DNA of 64,000 nt from an uncultured Brevifollis sp. (GCA_964642905.1 CAZXPU010000002.1:34154-98153); one strand, 5' to 3'. Counted from the first letter of the stretch, positions 19,390-29,613 are shown. The notes: a model not told the origin generated them from the letters alone. A program made the numbers and translations.

Positions 19390-20805
19390 ATGCGCACAAA
19401 GCTGTCATGCCTGGTTCTCTCGCTCTGCCTGCCCGTCTGGGCCGCCGAGGTCATCCCCCTCGGCTCCCGGCGTGAGCTGTTCGTCGATGACCACCTCACC
19501 GCATCCAGGAACGACGTCGAACTGAAGCTGCACAAGCCGCAGGCCCGGGACGTGGCGCTCGTCTGCGACGCCCCCTGGGAGGGGAACACCTCCGGCTATT
19601 TCACGCTCATCCAGGACGGCGGGCTGTTCCGCTGCTACTACCGCGGCACGCATTTCGACGAAAAACTGAAGAAGGGCGCGCACGAGGAGCTGACCTGCTA
19701 CGCGGAAAGTCGTGACGGCATCACCTGGACGAAGCCGAAGCTCGGCCTCGTCGAGTTTCAGGGCTCGAAGGACAACAACATCCTCTTCACTGGCGCGGGC
19801 TGCCACAACTTCACGCCCTTCCTCGACACGAATCCCGCATGCCCGCCGGAGTCGCGCTTCAAGGCGCTTGCGGGCACCGGTGACAACAAGACGCGCAAGC
19901 AGAAGCCGAGCCTGCAGGCCTGGCATTCGGCCGACGGCATCCGCTGGTCGCGCATGCGCGAGCAGCCGGTGATCGATGCGGGCGCCTTCGACTCGCAGAA
20001 CCTCGCGTTTTATGACTCGGAGCTCGGCGCCTACCGGGCCTACTGGCGCTACTTCACCGGTGGTTATACCGACGAGCGCGGCTGGAAGCCAAAGGGCGTG
20101 CGCGCCATCCGCACCGCCACCTCCGGCGACTTTTTCAACTGGCAGGGCCTGACCAACCTTGCCTACGGGCCGGAAGCCCCCGAGGTCCAGCTTTACACCA
20201 ACGCCGTGCGTCCCTACTTCCGCGCCCCGCACCTGTTGATCGGCTTCCCAACACGCTACGAGGCGAAGCATGAGCAGGTGGAGCCGGTCTTCATGACCAG
20301 CCGCGACGGTGTGAACTTCAGGCGCTGGGAGGAGCCGCTCATCCCCATCACCGCGCCGAAGGACCGTGACGGCAACCGCAGCAACTACATGACCAACGGC
20401 CTGCTGCAGCTTCCCGGCAGCGCCCGCGAGCTGTCCGTCTATGCCACCGAGGCCTACTACGCCGGCCCCGGCAGCCGCATCCGCCGCTTCACCTTCCGAA
20501 TGGACGGCTTTGTCTCGGCCTCGGCGACGGAGGGCGAGCTCATCACGAAGCCATTCACGTTCACCGGCACGAAGCTCTGCCTGAACCTCATGAGCAGGGG
20601 CGAAACCCGTGCGGAGCTTCAGGATGAAACCGGGACACCCCTCCCAGGCTTTACCCTCGCCGACTGCACGCCTCTGAAAGGTGACTTCATCGATCATGCC
20701 GTGGCCTGGAAGGGCGGCAGCCTCGCCCCCTTTGCAGGAAAGCCCGTGCGCCTGCGCTTCAAGCTCCTCACGGCCGACCTCTTCGCGCTGCAGTTCCAGG
20801 ACTGA
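19390..20805 (+). CDS. Secreted five-bladed beta-propeller glycosidase-like protein
   Basis: Signal peptide; RELFVDD, PWEG, CYAESRDGITWTKP, SADGIRW, FDSQN, SRDGVNF, FRMDGFVS (Asp-box-like repeats). Confidence 0.75.
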   Translation: MRTKLSCLVLSLCLPVWAAEVIPLGSRRELFVDDHLTASRNDVELKLHKPQARDVALVCDAPWEGNTSGYFTLIQDGGLFRCYYRGTHFDEKLKKGAHEELTCYAESRDGITWTKPKLGLVEFQGSKDNNILFTGAGCHNFTPFLDTNPACPPESRFKALAGTGDNKTRKQKPSLQAWHSADGIRWSRMREQPVIDAGAFDSQNLAFYDSELGAYRAYWRYFTGGYTDERGWKPKGVRAIRTATSGDFFNWQGLTNLAYGPEAPEVQLYTNAVRPYFRAPHLLIGFPTRYEAKHEQVEPVFMTSRDGVNFRRWEEPLIPITAPKDRDGNRSNYMTNGLLQLPGSARELSVYATEAYYAGPGSRIRRFTFRMDGFVSASATEGELITKPFTFTGTKLCLNLMSRGETRAELQDETGTPLPGFTLADCTPLKGDFIDHAVAWKGGSLAPFAGKPVRLRFKLLTADLFALQFQD

Positions 20806-20818
20806 ACACCTCACCGCC

Positions 20819-22441
20819 ATGAAGGCTTTTGCTCAAGTGATGCTGATCCTGGGTGCGGGCGCCGTCCTCGCCCAGACGGAAGACCCGCTCTCCCGCCTGC
20901 CTCAGCCCTGGAGGGAGCCGGTGCATCGCATCTCGTTCGCCGAATACGAGGCCACGCTGAGACATTGGGCGGCGAAGCATCCAGGCGTGTTTCATTTTGA
21001 GAAACGCGGCGAGTCGCATGACGGGCAGCCGGTGTATCTGATGAGGATCACCGACGTCGGCGTGCCGGATGACGACAAGCAGGTGGCCCTGGTCTCCGCG
21101 CTGCATGGCGGTCCGGAGCGCTCCGGAACCACGACGATCCTGCACCTCATCGAACGGCTGCTGGATGACTCCGAGTTCTCCCGCGAGACAAGGCGCAGGC
21201 AGGTCGTGCTGCTGGTGCCCATCGCCAATCCACATGCTTTTTTCACCACCGACCGCTTCACGAACAAGGAGAAGATCGACCTCTACGATCCGCAGATCAG
21301 CTACTGGGACCTGCCCCGACTGAAGCTGGCCGCACCGGAGCGCACGCCGGAGCTGGCGGCCTTTCTCAGCATCGTGGACGAATACCGGCCGGAGGTGCAC
21401 CTCGACCTTCACGGCACCGGTTTGCAGGCCTTTCCCGAGGACAGGCTCGGCGACCGCACGATGCGCCAGGGACAGACCATGTTTGAAATCTCCGCCTGCT
21501 CATATTCGAACTGCGGCGTGCGGCCGTGGGATCCCCGGGTGACGGAGGCGATGGTGCAGGCGGGCGCGGCGGCAGGCTTTGGCTCCGACCGAGCCGAGGC
21601 GGACGCACAGCGCTGCTTTTACAATCCCGATCATGACCTGTTCCGCAGCCGTCTCTGGAACGCGCCGCGGCCACAGCGCTTCCGCACGCTCTTCTACGGC
21701 TACATGAAGCATCACACGATGATCTCGACGACCGAGATCGGATGGGAGCAAAGCGGTGTGGCACGCGTGTGCGGTTTCCTGGCCCTGGGAAACCGGGCGT
21801 GGCTGGACGAGCGCTTCACCGGCTACCCCGTCACCCGCGTGCGGGCCCGGGCCGGCCGCTTTGTCACCGCGTACGGCCGCACGGCGACGGAACGACGCGA
21901 GAGCCGCTGCGAGCTGTGGAACCGCCAGCCAGGCTTTGCAGACGGCATGATGTATCCCGAGTATGAAGGCCGTGCCACCTACGTCTGCGCAGTGACCCCC
22001 GCGGGCATCGCCGCGCTCGACAATGATCCGGCGAAGTTTCTCGCAAACCTGCGCAAGCTTCCCGGCGTGAACGCGGACCGCATCGAGCGCTTTGTCAGGC
22101 TGGGCCCGGAATACAAGTTCACCTCCGACCCACGCGAGGTGAAGTCCGGCAAGCCGGTGCAGCATGGCATCGGCTTTCGCTTCCGCGTGCCCTACCCATC
22201 GCCGGATATCCTGGAGGTCGCCGTCAACGGCCACGCGCTGCCAGTCAACGCCACGGACGGCTACGAGGCGTGGTTTGCCGATGGCTACACGCAGGTGCAG
22301 GTCAACGTTCCGCCGGAAAAATCCCGCACGATGGATCTCTTCGTCGTCACCTGTGCCTACGACGGCAGGGAAAAGCGGCCCATTGGCTGGAAGCCTCCGG
22401 CGGAGGTCACCCGTGAACTGCAATCCGGCGGCAAACCATGA
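20819..22441 (+). CDS. M14-like zinc hydrolase (atypical motifs), secreted
   Basis: GESHDGQPVYLMRI, LHGGPERSG, VPIANPHA, LDLHG. Confidence 0.75.
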   Translation: MKAFAQVMLILGAGAVLAQTEDPLSRLPQPWREPVHRISFAEYEATLRHWAAKHPGVFHFEKRGESHDGQPVYLMRITDVGVPDDDKQVALVSALHGGPERSGTTTILHLIERLLDDSEFSRETRRRQVVLLVPIANPHAFFTTDRFTNKEKIDLYDPQISYWDLPRLKLAAPERTPELAAFLSIVDEYRPEVHLDLHGTGLQAFPEDRLGDRTMRQGQTMFEISACSYSNCGVRPWDPRVTEAMVQAGAAAGFGSDRAEADAQRCFYNPDHDLFRSRLWNAPRPQRFRTLFYGYMKHHTMISTTEIGWEQSGVARVCGFLALGNRAWLDERFTGYPVTRVRARAGRFVTAYGRTATERRESRCELWNRQPGFADGMMYPEYEGRATYVCAVTPAGIAALDNDPAKFLANLRKLPGVNADRIERFVRLGPEYKFTSDPREVKSGKPVQHGIGFRFRVPYPSPDILEVAVNGHALPVNATDGYEAWFADGYTQVQVNVPPEKSRTMDLFVVTCAYDGREKRPIGWKPPAEVTRELQSGGKP

Positions 22442-23952
22442 AACGACGCCTCCTTCTTCTCATCGCCTGGCCGCTGTGGATCGCCGCAGCGGATGCGCCT
22501 CACCTGCGCGTGGCCGCGCTCGACTTCGACGTGGTGCCGGACAAGGGCGGCGCCACGGCAAGCAAGGTCGGGGCCCTGGTGCGCGAGATGGCGGGGCCGC
22601 TGCGGACCACGGTCACGCTGCTCGACGACGGCGGCAGGCGCGTGTGCCTCATCACGCCTCACATGAACTCGCCCAAGGGAGCGAACATCAGCCCGCTGAT
22701 CCGTCGCACCGCCGCGGAGGCGCTCGACATGCCGGTGGAGAACGTGCTGCTGATGCTTTCGCACAACCACACGGACTTCAACCTGGTGAGCAATCACCTC
22801 GAGGCCTCCGTGACCTACCGCCTCGCCCCTGGCGAACTGCCGGAGCCTCAGCTCGTGCCCGCCGGGAGAAGCTTCCTTGAGAAGCTCACCCGCACGGCGA
22901 AGCAGCTGCCGGCGATGCTCCAGCCCGTGACCGTCTGGTGGGCTGTCGGCTCCGAGGGCCGCATCAGCTACAACCGCAAGGGCCGCCGCGCCGACGGCAG
23001 CACCTACCTGATGCGCGAGGAGGACCGCGACCTCCTGGGCGCGGACTTCAAGGGCGATGTCGACGAGCAGGCGCCGATCGTCGTGTTCAAGAACACGCAG
23101 GGCTCGGTCGTCACCGCCATCACCCACTTCACCGCGCATCCCGTGACCTGCTTTCATCCTGAAAAACCCGTGGTCTTTGGCGACTGGCCGCAGGTGGCCT
23201 GCGAGCACCTCGCGCATCACTTCTCGCCCGACAAGGCCGTCAGCGTGAGCTTTCTGCAAGGCTGCGCGGGTGACGTGAACAGCAAGGGCATGTTCCGCGG
23301 TGGCGTCGAACTCTCAAGGCAGTACGGACGCCTGCTTGCCGACAGCTTCATCGCCGCCCTGAAGGACCTGCAGCCGTCCAAGCGTGACGGGCTCGACTTT
23401 GCCATCGAAAAGGTGCGCATTCCCTTCGCCCCCCTGCCGTCGGAGGAGGCTTTGAAGGCGGAAATTGCCGAGATGGAGGGATTCATCCGCCGGGCGCAGG
23501 CCGGTGATGAAAACACGCGTGAATGCGTCGGCCAGAACTTCCCGCGCGAACTCACGCCCGCTTATCGTGCCGCGCTGGTGGAGATGATCCTGCCCTGGAG
23601 CCGCTGGGCCCTTGACCTGCATGCCTCCGGCAGGGAGGACTCGGTGCCGAAGTTCCTGGAGGTGGACATCCAGGTGCTGCGCATCGGCGATGTCGGCATC
23701 GTCGGCATGCCCTTTGAGCCCTTTCAAGGCATCGGCCGGCAGATCCGCGCCGCATCGCCCCTGCCGCTCGCCCTGCCCTGCGGCTACACCAACCTCTCCC
23801 ACGGCTACCTCACCGACGGGCCGAACACCGGCGACCGGGAGTACATGAGCGCCAACCATCGCTACAGCAAGTTCCGCCCGCCCTATGCCAGACCCGCTGG
23901 CGATGTCATCGCCATAAAGGCGCTGGAAACCCTCCGACGCTTCGCCCAATGA
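22438..23952 (+). CDS. Neutral/alkaline ceramidase-like zinc hydrolase, secreted
   Basis: SHNHT, ISYNRK, FTAHP, LQGCAGDVN, PFEPFQGIGRQIR; ATGA overlaps at both ends. Confidence 0.75.
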   Translation: MKRRLLLLIAWPLWIAAADAPHLRVAALDFDVVPDKGGATASKVGALVREMAGPLRTTVTLLDDGGRRVCLITPHMNSPKGANISPLIRRTAAEALDMPVENVLLMLSHNHTDFNLVSNHLEASVTYRLAPGELPEPQLVPAGRSFLEKLTRTAKQLPAMLQPVTVWWAVGSEGRISYNRKGRRADGSTYLMREEDRDLLGADFKGDVDEQAPIVVFKNTQGSVVTAITHFTAHPVTCFHPEKPVVFGDWPQVACEHLAHHFSPDKAVSVSFLQGCAGDVNSKGMFRGGVELSRQYGRLLADSFIAALKDLQPSKRDGLDFAIEKVRIPFAPLPSEEALKAEIAEMEGFIRRAQAGDENTRECVGQNFPRELTPAYRAALVEMILPWSRWALDLHASGREDSVPKFLEVDIQVLRIGDVGIVGMPFEPFQGIGRQIRAASPLPLALPCGYTNLSHGYLTDGPNTGDREYMSANHRYSKFRPPYARPAGDVIAIKALETLRRFAQ

Positions 23953-24665
23953 ACACCCCAAGTAACCGGGCCATTCCTGGCCCGTTTGTCAATGAATCGG
24001 CGCAGGAATGCCCCGATTACTTGGTCGGCGCCCATGCGCAGGTCGATCCCGATGTCATCCTTGGCTATCGCTACCCCGGCGACTCGCAGCCGACACGCAT
24101 CGGCGATCACGCCATCATCCGCAGCGGCAGCATCATCTACGCAAACACGACCATCGGACATCGCTTTCAATGCGGTCATCAGGTGCTCATCCGCGGCGAA
24201 GTCGTGATCGGTGACCGCTGCGTGGTCCACCACAAGTGCACGCTGGAAGGCCGGCTCAGGATTGGCAGCGGCGTCAAGATCATGGCGCACGTCTATGTGC
24301 CCAGCCGCACGACCATCGGCGATTTCGTCTTCATCGGGCCCGGGACGACGTTTCTCAACGCGAAGCTTCCCATGCGCGAGGGCACCGTGCAGGGCGCGAC
24401 CATCGAGGACCATGCCTGCATCGGCGGCGGAGTCACCATCTGCCCGGGCGTGCGCATCGGGCGCGGCAGCTTCATCGCCGCCGGATCCGTGGTGAGCAAG
24501 GACGTGCCGCCCGGCATGCTCGCCATGGGCGTTCCCGCCCGGCACCAGCCCCTGCCTCCAAACATTCCCCCTGAAAACCTCCTGGAACAACTCCTGCCGC
24601 AAACCGACCTGTTTGGCGCGCAGCAGGACGAAACCTGGAAAACCGAAAACTGGACCCCGTCATGA
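23949..24665 (+). CDS. Hexapeptide-repeat (left-handed beta-helix) acetyltransferase
   Basis: Repeats such as IGDHAIIRSG, IGDRCVV, IGSGVKI, IGDFVFIGPG, IGRGSFIAAGSVVSKDVP, GVPAR. Confidence 0.88.
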   Translation: MNTPSNRAIPGPFVNESAQECPDYLVGAHAQVDPDVILGYRYPGDSQPTRIGDHAIIRSGSIIYANTTIGHRFQCGHQVLIRGEVVIGDRCVVHHKCTLEGRLRIGSGVKIMAHVYVPSRTTIGDFVFIGPGTTFLNAKLPMREGTVQGATIEDHACIGGGVTICPGVRIGRGSFIAAGSVVSKDVPPGMLAMGVPARHQPLPPNIPPENLLEQLLPQTDLFGAQQDETWKTENWTPS

Positions 24666-25336
24666 ACACACAGCTCACGCTCCTCATCCTCGCCTCATCC
24701 CTCGCCTTCGCCGCAGATCCGACGCCTCCCGTCACGCAAACCTGCCAGCCGGACAAGCTCATCGCCGCGGAGGCTTTTGAGAAGCCGGAATCCTTCGCCA
24801 AAGAAAAGCAGCCGGGCACCGACGGCTGGCGCGGCGGCATCGGCACCTGGAGCATTCGCGACGGCGCGGCCTACGCAGTGCAGGAAGGCCCGAGTGAAAA
24901 GCGCCCGAACGGCCACGAGGCCGTCTGCGAGCACCTCGTGGACCTCGGCGACTATGTGCTGACCGGTGAGTTCAAGCTCGGCGCGTCGCCGCAGATCGGC
25001 TTTGTCTGCCGCGACACCCACCAGCCTAACCATCACCAGGGACGGATCGTGATCACTCCCACCGCCCTCTGGATTCAAAAGATGAGCGGCATCTCCAAGG
25101 AAACGCGCCGCGAGGAGCTGAAGAAGATCGAGGTCAAGATCGACCCCGGCACCTGGCACCGCATCACCGTTGAAATCTGCGGTGATCACTTCCTCGCGAA
25201 GATCGACGACCACGTGCTCGAAGCCAGCCACGAGCGCTTCAAGGACCGCAAGGGCCGCATCGGCTTTGTCGCCCGTGGCGAAGGCGCCCAGTTCCGCAAC
25301 ATCGCCCTGTGGAGCGCGAAGCCAAAAGGTTCCTAG
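24662..25336 (+). CDS. DUF1080 (3-keto-disaccharide hydrolase-like) lectin-fold protein, secreted
   Basis: Signal peptide; GTWSIRDG, DYVLTGEFK, WHRITVEICG, GRIGF, AQFRNI. Confidence 0.7.
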   Translation: MNTQLTLLILASSLAFAADPTPPVTQTCQPDKLIAAEAFEKPESFAKEKQPGTDGWRGGIGTWSIRDGAAYAVQEGPSEKRPNGHEAVCEHLVDLGDYVLTGEFKLGASPQIGFVCRDTHQPNHHQGRIVITPTALWIQKMSGISKETRREELKKIEVKIDPGTWHRITVEICGDHFLAKIDDHVLEASHERFKDRKGRIGFVARGEGAQFRNIALWSAKPKGS

Positions 25337-25418
25337 CCACAAGGGAACCCAGGGACCACAGAGGATCCGATGGTTTCTTTTTGAGTTCTTGGGTGACCTG
25401 CTCAAACCAATCAGGTTC

Positions 25419-25816
25419 ATGAAAACCATCTTTGAACTCTGTGACGTCATTCGTGCAACCTCCTATGCCATCCATGAATATCACGGCCAGGGTCACCTGG
25501 AGAAGGTGTATGAAAATGCATGGGCACATCGGCTGACGAAGGCGGGCTTGAAGGTTCATCAACAGCATCCAATCAAGGTTATGATGAGGATGGCACCGCC
25601 ATCGGAGACTACCTTGCCGACCTTTTGGTCGATACACGCCTCATCATTGAGCTGAAGGCTGTCAGGGCCATCGCTGACGAGCACGTGGCTCAAATCCTCG
25701 GATACCTGAAATCGTCACGCATCGAACACGGCCTGCTCATCCATTTTGACAGTTACCGTTTCCAAATCAAAAAATACATCCTGACACCCAAGGCAGCCTC
25801 CGACCGGCAACTCTAA
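25419..25816 (+). pseudogene. GxxExxY protein (PD-(D/E)xK nuclease-like), frameshifted
   Basis: GHLEKVYENA in frame 1, then YDEDG..GDYLADLLVD..IIELKAV..QILGYLK in another frame; one T missing at about 25580 (aaggtt[t]atgatgag). Confidence 0.85.
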
Positions 25817-25925
25817 ACCTCCTGCCGATTTTGTGTTCCATGCGTTCTTTCGCGGCCATCCCTCATTTCATCCTGGTACTTTTTCCACCGGACGCCTACG
25901 CTCACGATCTCCTCTTTCCTGAACC

Positions 25926-27362
25926 ATGGAAACTCCTCCGTCACCTCCCGCCTCTTCCCGCCGTCATTTCGTCCAACAAGCCGCCGCGGCGGGGTTGGGC
26001 TTCAACTTCCTTCCGGCCTACCTGACCAGCGCCCGCGCAGCCGACAATCCGAAGCTGCCGCCGAGCCGCCGCATCAACCTGGGCTGCATCGGGATCGGCG
26101 GACGTGCGGGCAGCGTCATTCCCGGCCTCACGGCGGGCGGCATCGCCACCCCGGTGGCTTTCACGGACGTGGACTTCGTCACCGCCAAGGGCGTGGAGAA
26201 GAACCTCAAGGCCTTTCCGGACGTGAGGCGCTTCCATGACTTCCGCGAGATGCTCGACAAGATGGGCAAGGACATCGACGCCGTCAGCGTGGTGACGCCG
26301 GATCACACGCACTTCACCGCCGCGATCAGCGCGATGGCCCTGGGCAAGCATGTCTATGTCGAGAAACCGCTGACGCACACTTTTGAGGAGGCCGAAATCC
26401 TCATGCGTGCCGAGAAGAAGTTCAAGGTGGTCACCCAGATGGGCAACCAGGGCCACACCTCCGCCGGCGCTGAACAGTTCAAGCAGATGCTCGCCGCAGG
26501 CATCGTCGATGACGTCGTGAAGATCGACGCGTGGAAGTCGCCCTCGCTCTGGTTCATGAACGCGGCCGAACGCATCCAGGGTTATCCACCGGGCGAGCCG
26601 ATGCCCGAGTCCCTCAAGAGCTGGGACCTCTGGTGCGGACCTCAGGAGGTGAAGCCCTTCAGCAAGATGTATCACGCCTTCAACTGGCGCGGCTTCCACC
26701 TTTATGGCGGCGGCATGTTTGGCGACTGGGGCGCGCACATCATTGACTTCGCCCATCATCACCTGAAGCTCGGCCTGCCCACGCGCATCACGCCCCTGGC
26801 GCTCGCCGATTACAACCAGGTGAGCTATCCGCTCAGCTCGGACATCCGCTTCGAATTTCCGGCCCGTGGCGAAAAATTGCCCGCCGTGGAGCTGCATTGG
26901 AAGGCGGGCGGCGACATCAAATTCGACATCGAGGAGAAGTATGGCGACCCGGGCCCCGACGGCAAGGTGGTGATCCCGAATCCCGGCAACGCCGGGTCGC
27001 TCCTGCACCGCAAACAAGGCGACTACCTCGTGCAGCGCGGCTCCCACGACCGCCACTCGCTCGTGTATCCACGAGCCAAGATGGTGGAGTTCAAGGACGC
27101 GATGGGGCTGCATCCCTTGAAGCGCAATCACTTCGACAGTTTCATCAATGCCTGCATGGGCGAAGGCATGACGGAATCGCCCTTCAGCATCGCCGGCGCG
27201 CTCACGCAGGTGCTCAATCTCGGCACCATCGCCGAGTATCTCAACGTCGACCTGAAGTTCGACCCGCAGACAAAACGCTTCATTGGCAATGATGAGGCCA
27301 ACGCCCGTCTCGCCGGCCCGGCTCCGCGTGCCGAATGGGCGGACTGCTACAAGCTGGCGTGA
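25926..27362 (+). CDS. Gfo/Idh/MocA family oxidoreductase, Tat-exported
   Basis: SSRRHFVQ signal, GCIGIGGR, TPDHTH, HVYVEKPLTH, WDLWCGP, GDWGAHIID. Confidence 0.92.
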   Translation: METPPSPPASSRRHFVQQAAAAGLGFNFLPAYLTSARAADNPKLPPSRRINLGCIGIGGRAGSVIPGLTAGGIATPVAFTDVDFVTAKGVEKNLKAFPDVRRFHDFREMLDKMGKDIDAVSVVTPDHTHFTAAISAMALGKHVYVEKPLTHTFEEAEILMRAEKKFKVVTQMGNQGHTSAGAEQFKQMLAAGIVDDVVKIDAWKSPSLWFMNAAERIQGYPPGEPMPESLKSWDLWCGPQEVKPFSKMYHAFNWRGFHLYGGGMFGDWGAHIIDFAHHHLKLGLPTRITPLALADYNQVSYPLSSDIRFEFPARGEKLPAVELHWKAGGDIKFDIEEKYGDPGPDGKVVIPNPGNAGSLLHRKQGDYLVQRGSHDRHSLVYPRAKMVEFKDAMGLHPLKRNHFDSFINACMGEGMTESPFSIAGALTQVLNLGTIAEYLNVDLKFDPQTKRFIGNDEANARLAGPAPRAEWADCYKLA

Positions 27363-27388
27363 ACATTCGCGCCGGCCGCGGCACCAAT

Positions 27389-27413
27389 GTAGTCATGCGC
27401 TTCAGCGCGTGAC
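27389..27413 (+). repeat. GTAG-initiated hairpin (REP-like, family B, TTCA loop)
   Basis: GTAGTCATGCGC-TTCA-GCGCGTGAC; stem with one G-T pair, between convergent genes. Confidence 0.45.
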
Positions 27414-27473
27414 CGTCCTCGCGTGCCCCAGTTCCTCCCTCGCCACCATCCCTTGCGGAGGCCAGGCATCCCT

Positions 27474-29537
27474 TCAGAACACCCTGGCAGTTGCAGATGA
27501 CTGCCCGGCCCGCGAGTGAACCATCACCGTGATGATCACACCGGCAAGCACAAGCCCGAGTGCCAGGACATAAGTCTGCCTCATGCCGTGAGCCACGGCT
27601 TCAGGAGCCGACGCCTGCGCCTCCGCTCCACCGGACACCATGGCAAACAGAGCGGTCATGACGGAACTGCCGGTGATCAATCCAAGGTTGCGTGACAGGT
27701 TCAGCAGCCCGGACATCAACCCGCGTTCGGAAGCCTCGGCCGACGCCATCATGAACGTGGTGTTTGCCGTCTGAAAAGTCGCATAACCCGCCGTCAGGAC
27801 GACCAGGGGAATGACCTGGCCGGGGATGCCTGATGACATGGGAAGCAGAGCCAGGGCCAGGGCTCCCGCCCCGATAAGCAGCAGCCCGGCGAGGCTCATG
27901 ACGTGCGTGCCATGCCGGTCCACCAGCCGCCCGGCAGGCACGCCCATGAACGCCACAACAAGAGGTCCCACAGACAAGACGAGCCCCACCTTTGCCGGAG
28001 GCAGATGCAGCGCCCGGGACAGGTAATACGGCCCGACCACCAGGGTGGTCATCAAAACAGTTGCGACAAGCAGGCTCAGCACGAGCCCGGCCTGACGCTC
28101 CCTGGAACGCAGGACCCTGGCTGGAATCCAGGGAGATGAAGAAACCCGGTCCCTTTTCACAAACGCAGCCGCCAGAACCGTTGAAGCCAGCAGCAGCAGT
28201 CCATTGACCAGGCCCGGCCGGCCCTTGCCCAGCGACATGGACAAGGCATAGAACACAATCGTCACGATCAGCAGCATCATCCCCGGATGATCCAGGGGCT
28301 TGGGGTTCTCCACCTTGCGGCCCAGGTCCTTCGGAATTCCCCAAAGGATCAGAAGCCAGGCGATCAGGCCCAGGGGCAGGTTGATGAAAAAGGTCATCCG
28401 CCAGCCAAAGGCGGAAACCAGGACGCCGCCAAGCAGCGGCCCTGCGGCCGTGCCAGCAGCAGACATGGCGCCCAGCAACCCCATGGCCCTGCCGCCTTTT
28501 CCCGCGCCAACGGCATCCCCCATCAGAGCCGCCGCCATCGCCATCATCAAGGCAGCACCGGCTCCCTGCAGGGCCCGGGTCAGAATCAACATCGGCAGCG
28601 ATGGCGCCAGGCCTGCCAGCAGGGAGGCTCCGACAAACATCAAGATACCCGCCAGCAGCAGACGCCGTCTCCCCGCCAGGTCGCCCAGCCGACCGGCTCC
28701 CGCAATCAAGGCCGTGATGGAAATCAGGTAGGCAGTCACAACCCACTGCACCTGCTGAAGTGACGCCGCAATCTCCTGGCTGAGGACGGGCAGGATCAGA
28801 TTGGCGGAGCTGGTGCCCAGCGACGGCAGCAACACGGCCAGGGACAGGCCCGCCATCCGAAACCGTCGGCGCTGCATATCCGGACGGTCCGCTTTCCGGC
28901 CTGCTGGCTGCAGCAGCCAGACTGCCTGCTGGGCCGGGCAGCTGTTTTTCAGCCCACCCGTCATTGTCTCCCGCTCCAGGAGGAGGATGTCATGCGATGC
29001 CTCGTAATGACGCCGGATCTCCGGCTCGCGCACGTCAAAGGGTGGCCCAGGCATCTGGTCCTGCTCATACTCATAGCTGATCAAAAGCTGGGGCGCTCCC
29101 CGCGTGATCTTCACCAGATGACTGGCATAAGAAGCCCGCATCTCCTCCGGCAGCGCCACCAGGGCCGCCCGGTCATACACGGCATCCACCGGCCCCAGCA
29201 CCTCCGGGTTCAGGTCAAAGATGTCCCCTGCAAAAATGTCGATTCCTTCAGCGCTGTAGTGCACCAGGCTGCCTTTTTCCTGCCGCACCGGCTCAACCCC
29301 GAGCCCGGCGAACAGCTGCTCCACGGCCTCCTGGCTGAGCTCGGCTCCGGCAACCCGCCTCCCCTTGCCAAGCAGCCAGGCGATGTCCAGGCTCTTGCCG
29401 CACAACGGAACGAACACCCGGCCGCCGGCAGACGGAGACAGGGCGTCGAAATGCCTGACCAGCATTGGGTTCGCCTGTGTTTCGTGGAAGCGGGTCTGCC
29501 CGCTTCTCCAACGTTGATGCCAGAATTCAGCCTTCAT
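27474..29537 (-). CDS. tpm: Thiopurine S-methyltransferase fused in frame to a 14-TMS DHA2 MFS efflux transporter
   Basis: TPMT part about 28878-29537: FWHQRW, VFVPLCGKSLD, GAELS, GDIFDL, YDRAALVALP. MFS part 27474-28877: GRLGDLAGRRR, RALQGAG, GTAAGPLLGG, FFINLPLG. No stop between them. Confidence 0.85.
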   Translation of the reverse strand: MKAEFWHQRWRSGQTRFHETQANPMLVRHFDALSPSAGGRVFVPLCGKSLDIAWLLGKGRRVAGAELSQEAVEQLFAGLGVEPVRQEKGSLVHYSAEGIDIFAGDIFDLNPEVLGPVDAVYDRAALVALPEEMRASYASHLVKITRGAPQLLISYEYEQDQMPGPPFDVREPEIRRHYEASHDILLLERETMTGGLKNSCPAQQAVWLLQPAGRKADRPDMQRRRFRMAGLSLAVLLPSLGTSSANLILPVLSQEIAASLQQVQWVVTAYLISITALIAGAGRLGDLAGRRRLLLAGILMFVGASLLAGLAPSLPMLILTRALQGAGAALMMAMAAALMGDAVGAGKGGRAMGLLGAMSAAGTAAGPLLGGVLVSAFGWRMTFFINLPLGLIAWLLILWGIPKDLGRKVENPKPLDHPGMMLLIVTIVFYALSMSLGKGRPGLVNGLLLLASTVLAAAFVKRDRVSSSPWIPARVLRSRERQAGLVLSLLVATVLMTTLVVGPYYLSRALHLPPAKVGLVLSVGPLVVAFMGVPAGRLVDRHGTHVMSLAGLLLIGAGALALALLPMSSGIPGQVIPLVVLTAGYATFQTANTTFMMASAEASERGLMSGLLNLSRNLGLITGSSVMTALFAMVSGGAEAQASAPEAVAHGMRQTYVLALGLVLAGVIITVMVHSRAGQSSATARVF

Positions 29538-29613
29538 GATGATGTGTGTTGCCAGCCGGCCGCCCGCACGTTGGGACACCGGTTGTGAGGCTGCGGTAGC
29601 CCCGGTCTTGAAA

